NCBI GenBank assembly: GCA_020354105.1
Contig: CP070642.1
Coordinates: forward strand, 1,541,044-1,584,044
Direction of reading: 5' to 3'
DNA length: 43,001 nt
Source: Chloroflexota bacterium
GTDB taxonomy: Bacteria; Chloroflexota; Dehalococcoidia; GIF9; UBA5629
In this document: positions 35,780 to 43,001 of the stretch, one piece after another
How the letters are laid out: every line of letters starts with the position of its first letter
Position numbering within the stretch: position 1 is the first letter of the stretch
Position numbers and translations under genes: made by a program
The notes under the pieces: generated by a model
The model's database searches: none
The model's input: only the letters and a program-made list of their open reading frames with translations
Told to the model about the DNA's origin: nothing

Positions 35780-36954
35780 TATTCTCTGACTCCTATTATC
35801 TCGAATTCGTCAAGCTTGCCTCGCTTCGCCCTATTCATCCCATTATTAATTAGCTCTTCAAAACCTTGAATTGAAATCTCCCTTCCTCCGAGGCTACCTA
35901 CAAAACTTACGATCTTTGGCTTGGTCTTTAGCGGGTAAAGTGCTGCTTGTATTTCAGAACAGACCGGTGGGGCTCCTCCAAGAGAAAGAGCTCGGTCAAA
36001 GACGATGAGCAATTGGGCTTTGCTTACGGCTTGGCGTAGCTCCTCAGTTGGAAATGGCCGCCACAGACGCAGCCTTATCAGTCCCACCTTTTGACCCTCT
36101 GCCTGCATTTTATCGATAGACATCATGGCTGTCTCACTGAAACTCCCCATGCACAACAGCAAGACATCAGCATCTTCTGTTTTGTAACTTTCGACAGGTG
36201 CATAGTGGCTACCTGAAAGCTTGCCAAACTCTTGCCACACTTTGAGGATTACTTTTTTAGAGTCTCTTAATGCTACCTCATGTGCCTTTTTGGTCTCGGT
36301 GTAAATAGGTGGAGGACCAAATGCTCCCATAGTCACTGGCTTGTCTGGATTTAAGGGATAAGGATGCCGGTATTCGGGGAGGAATTTGTCTACAACTTTT
36401 TGTTCTAGAAGTTCAACAGATTCGATTGTGTGTGAAATGTAAAATCCGTCTATGTGGACTATTGTGGGTAGCAGGACAGTCAGGTCTTCGGCGATACGGA
36501 AGGCACATAGAACTAAATCAAAGGCTTGTTGAGCATTTTCGGCAAATATCTGAATCCAACCACAATCGCGGATCGCCATTGCGTCAGAATGGTCTGTCCA
36601 GATGCTCAATGGTGCTGAGAGTGCCCTATTAGCTACAGTCATCACTATTGGTAGTCTTAGTCCTGAGGCTACGTAGAGTACCTCATGCATGAGCTCAAGC
36701 CCCTGACTGGCGGTGGCAGTAAAAGTTCTAGCACCTACAGCTGAAGTCCCCAGGCAAGCACTCATTGCTGAGTGCTCTGATTCCACTGGAATATATTCGG
36801 CATCTAGCTCACCGTTAGCTACAAATTCGGCTAATCGCTCCACAATGTGAGTCTGTGGTGTAATGGGATAGGCAGCTATGGCTTCAACGCGAGCTAGTTT
36901 AATAGCCTCAGCTATTGCGAATGATCCCTCCATGCCTATTCGCTTTGTTGTCAT
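35779..36954 (-). CDS. porA: 2-oxoacid:ferredoxin oxidoreductase alpha subunit
   Basis: Start set at ATG 36954 (MTTKRIGMEGSFAIAEAIKLARVEAIAAYPITPQT), 2 nt after the gamma-delta stop. The track start 37017 lies inside the upstream gene. Confidence 0.88.
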   Translation of the reverse strand: MTTKRIGMEGSFAIAEAIKLARVEAIAAYPITPQTHIVERLAEFVANGELDAEYIPVESEHSAMSACLGTSAVGARTFTATASQGLELMHEVLYVASGLRLPIVMTVANRALSAPLSIWTDHSDAMAIRDCGWIQIFAENAQQAFDLVLCAFRIAEDLTVLLPTIVHIDGFYISHTIESVELLEQKVVDKFLPEYRHPYPLNPDKPVTMGAFGPPPIYTETKKAHEVALRDSKKVILKVWQEFGKLSGSHYAPVESYKTEDADVLLLCMGSFSETAMMSIDKMQAEGQKVGLIRLRLWRPFPTEELRQAVSKAQLLIVFDRALSLGGAPPVCSEIQAALYPLKTKPKIVSFVGSLGGREISIQGFEELINNGMNRAKRGKLDEFEIIGVRE

Positions 36955-36956
36955 CT

Positions 36957-37844
36957 CTATTCTTCCTCTACCATCTTTATAGCCTCTGTCCAGCATTCGC
37001 GGGCACAAATACCACATCCCTTACAGTAGTATGGATTGGCTTCGAAGTAGCCGTCCTTATTTTGTCCAATGCATCCCTCCGGACAGAAAAGGTAACAAAT
37101 TCCGCACTTGATACATTTCTGATGGTCCCATATTGGACTTTCTGATTTCCAATCCCCAGTACGATATTGCTTAGCATTCCCCGCCTCAGGGATGACACTG
37201 CCTGGTAATAATTCCTGCCAGGATGGAAATGTTTCTGTTTCGAACGTCTTGGTTGGTTTTTTGACAACGCCGCTAAGTTCAGCAATTTCAGTTTCTTTAT
37301 AGGCTCTGTGGCAGGCATCACTGTTACCCTTGGCTCTGGCACCGAAGCGCTCCTTTAGAGGTTCGGCTAGCGATTCTAGTTCTATTATATCGGTAGCCTT
37401 GACCAGGGCACCGAGCATTGTCGTGTTGACGATTGGAACGCCGATTGTATCTCGAGCAATGGAGGTGGCATTAACAACGGCTAGCTTCCATGATCCGTTG
37501 AATTCTGACTTTATGTCAACCACCGCTTTGGTGGTATTGATTACTATAACACCACCTTCCTTTAGTCCTGCAGTGACATCTGTGATATAGATTAAGCCCG
37601 GGTCTAAGATTACCACGATATCGGGATTTATTACTGAAACCCTGGCTCTGATGGGAGTTTTATCGCTAACGCGGTTGAAGACTAGCACCGGTGCTCCCCT
37701 TCTTTCTGGACCGAAGCTGGGAAATGCTTGAGCAAATTTGCCTTCTTCTATAGCTGCCAGTGCCAGCAGTTCAGCTGACGTTACTGCTCCTTGACCGCCT
37801 CTTCCATGCCAGCGAATTTCGATTATCTTGTCTCTTTTTTCCAA
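36957..37844 (-). CDS. porGD: 2-oxoacid:ferredoxin oxidoreductase gamma-delta fusion subunit
   Basis: Gamma motif EIRWHGRGGQGAVT and a C-terminal delta-type 2x[4Fe-4S] (CIKCGICYLFCP, CKGCGICARECW). Start proposed at TTG 37844, 10 nt after GAGGAA. The track TTG 37862 would begin 2 nt from the tRNA-Arg 3' end with no RBS. Confidence 0.82.
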   Translation of the reverse strand: MEKRDKIIEIRWHGRGGQGAVTSAELLALAAIEEGKFAQAFPSFGPERRGAPVLVFNRVSDKTPIRARVSVINPDIVVILDPGLIYITDVTAGLKEGGVIVINTTKAVVDIKSEFNGSWKLAVVNATSIARDTIGVPIVNTTMLGALVKATDIIELESLAEPLKERFGARAKGNSDACHRAYKETEIAELSGVVKKPTKTFETETFPSWQELLPGSVIPEAGNAKQYRTGDWKSESPIWDHQKCIKCGICYLFCPEGCIGQNKDGYFEANPYYCKGCGICARECWTEAIKMVEEE

Positions 37845-37864
37845 GTTAGTTAATTTCCTCAAAA

Positions 37865-37936
37865 CGCCCCTGGAGGGACTCGAACCCTCGCGCCCGGCTC
37901 CGGAGGCCGGTGCTCTATCCCCTGAGCTACAGGGGC
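37865..37936 (-). tRNA. tRNA-Arg (anticodon CCG), CCA not encoded
   Basis: The reverse complement folds by hand. Acceptor GCCCCTG/CAGGGGC, D-arm GCTC-AGGGGATA-GAGC, anticodon stem CCGGC/GCCGG with loop CTCCGGA, T-arm GAGGG-TTCGAGT-CCCTC, discriminator G. Confidence 0.88.
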
Positions 37937-37943
37937 TTTGGTT

Positions 37944-37972
37944 ATTTTAAACGCTGCTGTGTTATTTGGCAA
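37944..37972 (-). promoter_or_regulatory. Candidate sigma70-type promoter driving tRNA-Arg and probably the downstream oxidoreductase operon
   Basis: On the minus strand: TTGCCA (37972..37967), a 17-nt spacer, then TAAAAT (37949..37944). The -10 ends 7 nt before the tRNA 5' end. Confidence 0.5.
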
Positions 37973-38019
37973 TTACGCAGTATAGGTACCTCGGGCTCTG
38001 AAGTGAGTGCTTAAAATGC

Positions 38020-39315
38020 TTATTCATCTTGCCGCAAAGTCTTGCCTGTGTTTTTAGCCGATGCAGAGGGCAACTTAAAAAATGGCTTTAACATCGCTGG
38101 CATTATAAGAGTTGTGACCACACTGACTGCAACTGCTGCACCAAATAGGTCTCGGCCTATGGCTCCTGCCAAAAGTCCAGCCCCGGCAATAATCAGACCT
38201 ACCTCACCCCTCGGCACCATACCTATGCCGACTATCATGCTCTCGGTATGGGTCATCTTGCCTGCAAATCGGGCTGGGATATAACATCCAGCGATTTTAC
38301 CAAGTACAGCGACTATTGTCAAAATAACTGCTACTATGGCTCCACCCCAAAGTAATCGCATGTCGACTTGCATGCCCAGATAACAGAAGAAGAAGGGGGC
38401 AAGAAACAGCATTATTGGTCTTGTTTTATCCAGAATATCCTCTCGCTCACCGGTAGCGGCAAACATAAGTCCGGCTACATAAGCACCGACCACAGGATGC
38501 AGTCCGACCAGTGTGACCAAGTACGCTATGATAAAGCCCACTATGAGCGCAAAAATGGGTATTGTTCCCGATTTTCTGAAAGGATGCAGAAGGAATCGTG
38601 ATATATATCTGTTTAACTTTACGCCGATTATTAACAATGCAAACCAGACGGCAAAGCCAATGGCAAAGATTTTGAGAGCATCTAAACTTACATGAACCAT
38701 GTTTAGCTCACCGCCAGCTTTTGCTGCGGCGCTTACTCCGACGACAATGGATAAAATAACTATGCCAATTATATCGTCGATCACAGCTCCAACAAGTATA
38801 GTGGTTCCCGCCTTTGTTTGGAGTTTGCCCATCTCCATCAGAATCCTTACGGTTACACCTATACTGGTAGCTGTCAGGGTAGCACCTATGAAGAGCCAAC
38901 CAGCTATTCCTGCCTCTGGAACTAGCCACATGGTGATAAAATAACCGAAGATAAAGGGGAAGATAACGCCTCCTACAGCTACTAGGGCGCCGGTTATCCC
39001 CTGTTTTATGAAAGCTCCGACATCGGTTTCGACTCCAGCGACAAAAAGCAAGGTGACAACTGCTATTTCTGAAATAATCTCCATAACGTTGAATTCATGG
39101 AGTCCAAAAGCACCTTGGATAGTGGCAAAATGTAGGATTATCGGATCATTGATAAGTCCGCCTAAGGCAAACGGTGAGATAATAATTCCTGCGACCAGTT
39201 CGCCTAAGACTGGCGGTTGCTTTAAATAGCGCTCAAACAGCTCGCCGCCTATTCTAGCTGCCAGCAAGATTAAGCCGAAGGTGAGCAGAAATTTAAAGTA
39301 TATGCCGATTTCCAT
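38020..39315 (-). CDS. Cation:proton antiporter, CPA2 (Kef/NapA-type Na+/H+ exchanger family)
   Basis: 431 aa and highly hydrophobic, with about 12 predicted helices. The opening LAARIGGELFERYLKQPPVLGELVAGIIISP is typical of the Na_H_Exchanger family. Confidence 0.85.
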   Translation of the reverse strand: MEIGIYFKFLLTFGLILLAARIGGELFERYLKQPPVLGELVAGIIISPFALGGLINDPIILHFATIQGAFGLHEFNVMEIISEIAVVTLLFVAGVETDVGAFIKQGITGALVAVGGVIFPFIFGYFITMWLVPEAGIAGWLFIGATLTATSIGVTVRILMEMGKLQTKAGTTILVGAVIDDIIGIVILSIVVGVSAAAKAGGELNMVHVSLDALKIFAIGFAVWFALLIIGVKLNRYISRFLLHPFRKSGTIPIFALIVGFIIAYLVTLVGLHPVVGAYVAGLMFAATGEREDILDKTRPIMLFLAPFFFCYLGMQVDMRLLWGGAIVAVILTIVAVLGKIAGCYIPARFAGKMTHTESMIVGIGMVPRGEVGLIIAGAGLLAGAIGRDLFGAAVAVSVVTTLIMPAMLKPFFKLPSASAKNTGKTLRQDE

Positions 39316-39755
39316 CAGGTTTTCTGATTCTCCACCGAATTGAGTAGTATGTCGAAATAACTTATTTCACCTATAACTTTCATATCTTTATCCACTACAG
39401 GCAGCTCATAGAAATTCTGATAGAGCATAGTATTTATAGCATCTTCAACACTGTCGTTGACGTGAACGCTTATCGGAGCACTCATTATATCCTTTGCATA
39501 ATTTGAGCTGAGAAAATGCAGAACCTCGTGTCCTGCGAAAAAGCGACCTCTGACACCTCCAAATTTGCGCACCTCGAGTGCCTCTAGGATATCTTTAGGT
39601 GTAAGTAGACCTTTAAGTTTGCCTTCTTTATCTACAACACAGGCTATTTTGCCTCTTGTCCTGGCAGCTACTTTCTTCACTGCTTCATATATTGGCATGT
39701 CTTCTGATACAGTGTTGCATTCAGCTGTCATTAATTCTCCTACCGACTTTTTCAT
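39315..39755 (-). CDS. CBS-domain pair protein
   Basis: Start at ATG 39755, after GGAGG (the track uses TTG 39767). Two CBS repeats (VGELMTAECNTV...ACVVDKEGKLKGLLTPKDIL and AKDIMSAPISV...LPVVDKDMKVIGEISYFDIL). Its stop overlaps the antiporter ATG (TGATG). Confidence 0.8.
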   Translation of the reverse strand: MKKSVGELMTAECNTVSEDMPIYEAVKKVAARTRGKIACVVDKEGKLKGLLTPKDILEALEVRKFGGVRGRFFAGHEVLHFLSSNYAKDIMSAPISVHVNDSVEDAINTMLYQNFYELPVVDKDMKVIGEISYFDILLNSVENQKT

Positions 39756-39895
39756 AGCTACCTCCAAAACTCGATAATTGTGTAAATCTAGTCAAGTTTA
39801 TCAAATTCGAGATTGTGATTTTATCTAGCGCCGACTCATAACCATGGTCGGTACATTACGAGTCATATTTCAGTTTTCGGTTCCAAAATTAGTGG

Positions 39896-42622
39896 TTAAC
39901 CAGTAGAAGCTGGAGCTACGCCTTTGGGTCTCAGAAGTGAACTGATTAGTTTGTAGATCTCGGCGGCAATAAAAATTGTAGAGGCTGATAATATGGCTAT
40001 TGTCCAATCTGTCAGAGTCAAGGCATATGTATTGAATGGTCCTTGCAGGAAAGGCAAGTAAACTACCAATCCTAACATTATGCATTCCCAGCCTATAGCT
40101 AGTAGTAACCACTTGTTAGCAAAGGGGCCAATCTTAAACAGGGAATATTCTAGAGACCGACAGTTAAAAGCATTAAAAAACTGGACTAAGATTAGGGTAA
40201 CGAAACACATGGTTTGAGCTTCACTGTGGTCTCTACCCGAACTCAATGCCCACAGGAAGACCGCTAACGCGACTAGAGTTGTCCAGATCCCGGCGCTGGT
40301 CAAATACCTAAGTACAGGGCCTGTGAAGATGCTTTGCTTGCGAGGACGAGGCTTTTGATTCATAATGTCAAGTTCAGGTGGGTCGACAGACAAAGCTATG
40401 GCAGGTAAACCATCTGTAGCCAGGTTAACGTATAAGATTTGAATGGCTGTAAGTGGTATAGTTCCTGCAGGTAACCCAAAAAGTGGACCAAATAAGATAA
40501 CAATCGCCATTAGTAATATTTCACCCAAATTGCAGGAAAGAAGATAGACCAGGTATTTTTTAATGTTCCCGAAAATACCTCTTCCCTCTTCTACGGCAGC
40601 TACTATGGAGGCAAAGTTGTCATCAGTCAGCACCATATCCGCCGCTTCTTTACTGACATCGGTACCGGTAATACCCATAGCCACACCAATGTCAGATTTC
40701 TTAAGTGCTGGTGCGTCATTCACCCCGTCCCCTGTCATAGCTACTATGTGTCCTCTTTTGGTTAAAGCCTCTACAACACGGAGCTTGTGTGCAGGGGAAA
40801 CCCGTGCATAAACTTCTATTTTCTCCACCATGGCTTCAAATTCTTCATCACTAATGTTGTCAATATCAGTTCCGCTGAGAGCGACACCTTTTTTGAGTAT
40901 GCCCAGTTCTTTAGCGATTGCGACCGCAGTTAGCTTATGGTCACCGGTTATCATAACTGATTTGATTCCAGCCTGGTCGCAAAGTTTTACTGCTTCCTTA
41001 ACTTCTTCACGAGGTGGGTCTATCATGCCGACTAGTCCGGCAAAAACCATATCTTCTTCTATTGATGCTGTTGTATCAGCAGTGTCAGGAAGTCGTTTGT
41101 ATGCTAAGCCTAAAACGCGGAGAGCATCCTCCGCCATTTTGTGGGACACGGAAAGAATGTTACCCTTGCTGTCGTCGTTTAATTTTATCTCTTGACCATT
41201 CTGGTAAATATGGCTGCAAGAATTCAAGATTACCTCAGGTGCCCCTTTGGCATAGGCTGTCCTCCCTTCTGTTGTCTGATGCACAGTAGTCATCCTCTTC
41301 GTCTCGGAGGAGAAAGGAATTTCGTGGATGCGAGGGAATTGGCTCTGAAGTTTGTCTTGCCACAAATTGGCTTTAGCTGCAGTTACTACCAAGGCACCTT
41401 CGGTAGGGTCGCCCTTGATTTTCCAGGTACCATCAATATATTTAAGAGTGGTATCGTTGCACAGGCTGCCTATCTGGAGCAGCATTTGTAAGGCCTTTTC
41501 CTTTTCAATATGCAGCTTCTTGTCATCGAAAGTGAATTCACCTTTGGGCTCGTAGCCTACTCCGGTGACATCAATCAGCTTGTCCTCAACATAGATGCGC
41601 CGTATCGTCATTTGGTCCTGGGTTAGTGTGCCTGTCTTGTCTGAACAAATAAATGTGGTAGAACCAAGAGTTTCTACTGCCGGTAGCTTTCTAATCAGGG
41701 CGTTACGACGTACCATTCTCTGAACCCCAAGAGCCAGTGAAATGGTGACTACAGCAGGTAATGCTTCGGGAACAGCCGCTACTGCCAAACTCACCCCCCA
41801 TATGAGCATTTCTAAAATCTCATGTCCTCTTAGGACGCCAATCCCGGCTAGGATGAAGCATAACGCTAAGGCACCGATGCCAATCCACTTTCCCAACTGG
41901 TCCAGGTTAATCTGAAGTGGTGTCTGCTCCTTTTTAACTTCTTGGAGCATGGTGGCAATCTTCCCAAACTCTGTTATCATCCCTGTGCCTGTGATAACTG
42001 CCATGCCCCTGCCATAAACAGCCGCTGTTCCCATGAAGACCATGTTTTTTCTGTCACCAACGCTGATTTCTGTTGGCAGAACTTTATTTGTTTTCTCTAC
42101 GGGAACGGATTCACCGGTTAGAGATGCCTCTTCTACTTTTAGGTTGACTGCCTCAATTAAACGTGCATCTGCTGGTATCCGGTCGCCAGTTTTGAGAAAA
42201 ATAATATCTCCGGGTACCAATTCATGAGCGGTGACCTCAATTTCCTTGCCCCCTCTCAATACTGATGCTGTAGGCGCTGCCATTCTTTTAAGTGCTTCCA
42301 TGGCTCGTTCTGCCCTATATTCTTGTATGAATCCCAATCCAGCAGCAAAGAGGACGATGACTAAGATAACAATGGCATCAGCTATTTCACCCGTGATAGC
42401 CGATAGGGCTACGGCGACAAGGAGGATAATAATTAAGAAGTTCTTAAACTGTTCTAGCAGGATTGCCCATGGGGAGACTCGCTCCTTTCCAGCGAGTTCG
42501 TTGGGACCGAATTGAGCCAAGCGATGTTGAGCTTCTTCATTGCTTATGCCATTGCGGTCCGAGCTCAAAGAAGCTAAGACTTCTGATATGTCTAAGTTAT
42601 GCCAGTTTTTGTTTGTTTCCAT
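39896..42622 (-). CDS. P-type cation-transporting ATPase, type IIA (Ca2+-ATPase/PacL-like)
   Basis: About 908 aa. Phosphorylation motif CSDKTGTLT, TGES, MITGDH, and hinge TGDGVNDAPALKKSDIGVAMG. ATG 42622 is preferred; the track uses TTG 42634. The start is uncertain. Confidence 0.9.
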   Translation of the reverse strand: METNKNWHNLDISEVLASLSSDRNGISNEEAQHRLAQFGPNELAGKERVSPWAILLEQFKNFLIIILLVAVALSAITGEIADAIVILVIVLFAAGLGFIQEYRAERAMEALKRMAAPTASVLRGGKEIEVTAHELVPGDIIFLKTGDRIPADARLIEAVNLKVEEASLTGESVPVEKTNKVLPTEISVGDRKNMVFMGTAAVYGRGMAVITGTGMITEFGKIATMLQEVKKEQTPLQINLDQLGKWIGIGALALCFILAGIGVLRGHEILEMLIWGVSLAVAAVPEALPAVVTISLALGVQRMVRRNALIRKLPAVETLGSTTFICSDKTGTLTQDQMTIRRIYVEDKLIDVTGVGYEPKGEFTFDDKKLHIEKEKALQMLLQIGSLCNDTTLKYIDGTWKIKGDPTEGALVVTAAKANLWQDKLQSQFPRIHEIPFSSETKRMTTVHQTTEGRTAYAKGAPEVILNSCSHIYQNGQEIKLNDDSKGNILSVSHKMAEDALRVLGLAYKRLPDTADTTASIEEDMVFAGLVGMIDPPREEVKEAVKLCDQAGIKSVMITGDHKLTAVAIAKELGILKKGVALSGTDIDNISDEEFEAMVEKIEVYARVSPAHKLRVVEALTKRGHIVAMTGDGVNDAPALKKSDIGVAMGITGTDVSKEAADMVLTDDNFASIVAAVEEGRGIFGNIKKYLVYLLSCNLGEILLMAIVILFGPLFGLPAGTIPLTAIQILYVNLATDGLPAIALSVDPPELDIMNQKPRPRKQSIFTGPVLRYLTSAGIWTTLVALAVFLWALSSGRDHSEAQTMCFVTLILVQFFNAFNCRSLEYSLFKIGPFANKWLLLAIGWECIMLGLVVYLPFLQGPFNTYALTLTDWTIAILSASTIFIAAEIYKLISSLLRPKGVAPASTG

Positions 42623-42642
42623 GAGCGAGGCCAAATTGTAGA

Positions 42643-43001
42643 CTAGCTAAACATGGGTACTAGCATAAGCATAGCGCCTCCAGCTACTACTGAGGCGATT
42701 TGCCCAGCGGTATTAGCTCCGGCAGCGTGCATCAGCAGATGATTTTGAGGGTTTTCTTGAAGGCCCATCTTCTGCACTACCCTGGCCGACATAGGAAAAG
42801 CTGAAATGCCTGCGGCGCCAATCAAAGGATTAATTTTTCGACCGGATAGAACATACATTATTTTCCCGAATATAACGCCGGCAGCCGTATCCAGAGCAAA
42901 GGCAATTATTCCCATAACGAATATGAGTATTGTCTCGGGTTTGAGGAACTCAGATGCTATCATCATTCCACCTACGGTGAGACCTAGCAGAATGGTAACA
43001 A
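42643..43001 (-). CDS. Na+-translocating decarboxylase beta subunit (OadB/GcdB/MmdB family), C-terminal part; the gene continues beyond the window
   Basis: The frame is open to the window end (VTILLGLTVGGMMIASEF...). NPLIGAAGISAFPMSARVVQ...NHLLMHAAGANTAGQIASVVAGG matches the conserved C-terminus of OadB-type subunits. Confidence 0.78.
   Translation of the reverse strand, partial: VTILLGLTVGGMMIASEFLKPETILIFVMGIIAFALDTAAGVIFGKIMYVLSGRKINPLIGAAGISAFPMSARVVQKMGLQENPQNHLLMHAAGANTAGQIASVVAGGAMLMLVPMFS

Noticed and set aside
1-43001. Scan for CRISPR arrays, IS elements or transposases, toxin-antitoxin pairs, restriction-modification or other defence genes, and rRNA
   Set aside because: No regularly spaced direct repeats, no terminal inverted repeats flanking transposase-like ORFs and no defence-type domains were recognisable in any frame.

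Overview
This window looks like chromosomal DNA from an anaerobic bacterium. The gene content is reminiscent of Dehalococcoidia/Chloroflexota-type anaerobes, but taxonomy cannot be established from the sequence alone. All family calls rest on motifs I recognise by eye in the translations; no searches were run. Positions 1-14 kb hold housekeeping genes: a partial cooC, tyrA, aroA, gmk, ybeY, tRNA-Ser, a family III CoA-transferase, miaB, nadB, an FrhB-like gene with iorAB, and a lexA locus. The centre, about 17.5-31.5 kb, is a large corrinoid methyltransferase supercluster in two divergent operons. It carries four divergent non-pyrrolysine MttB-family methyltransferases, three corrinoid proteins and two methyl-THF (pterin-binding) methyltransferases. 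It also has a standalone MetH activation-domain protein, a DUF1638 protein and a RACE-type reductive activase. The activase reading frame is interrupted by a single in-frame TGA exactly where the fourth Cys ligand of its 2Fe-2S domain is expected. This makes it a selenocysteine/recoding candidate, or alternatively a pseudogene. Positions 31.8-37.9 kb hold a translationally coupled operon joining a 2-oxoacid:ferredoxin oxidoreductase to a NuoE/NuoF/NuoG-N-terminal (HydABC/Bfu-like) flavoprotein module with no hydrogenase domain. That operon is led by tRNA-Arg and followed by tRNA-Pro. The right end encodes ion-transport genes: a CBS protein with a CPA2 antiporter, a P-type ATPase and a partial OadB-like subunit. 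I saw no CRISPR arrays, IS elements, integrases or rRNA genes.
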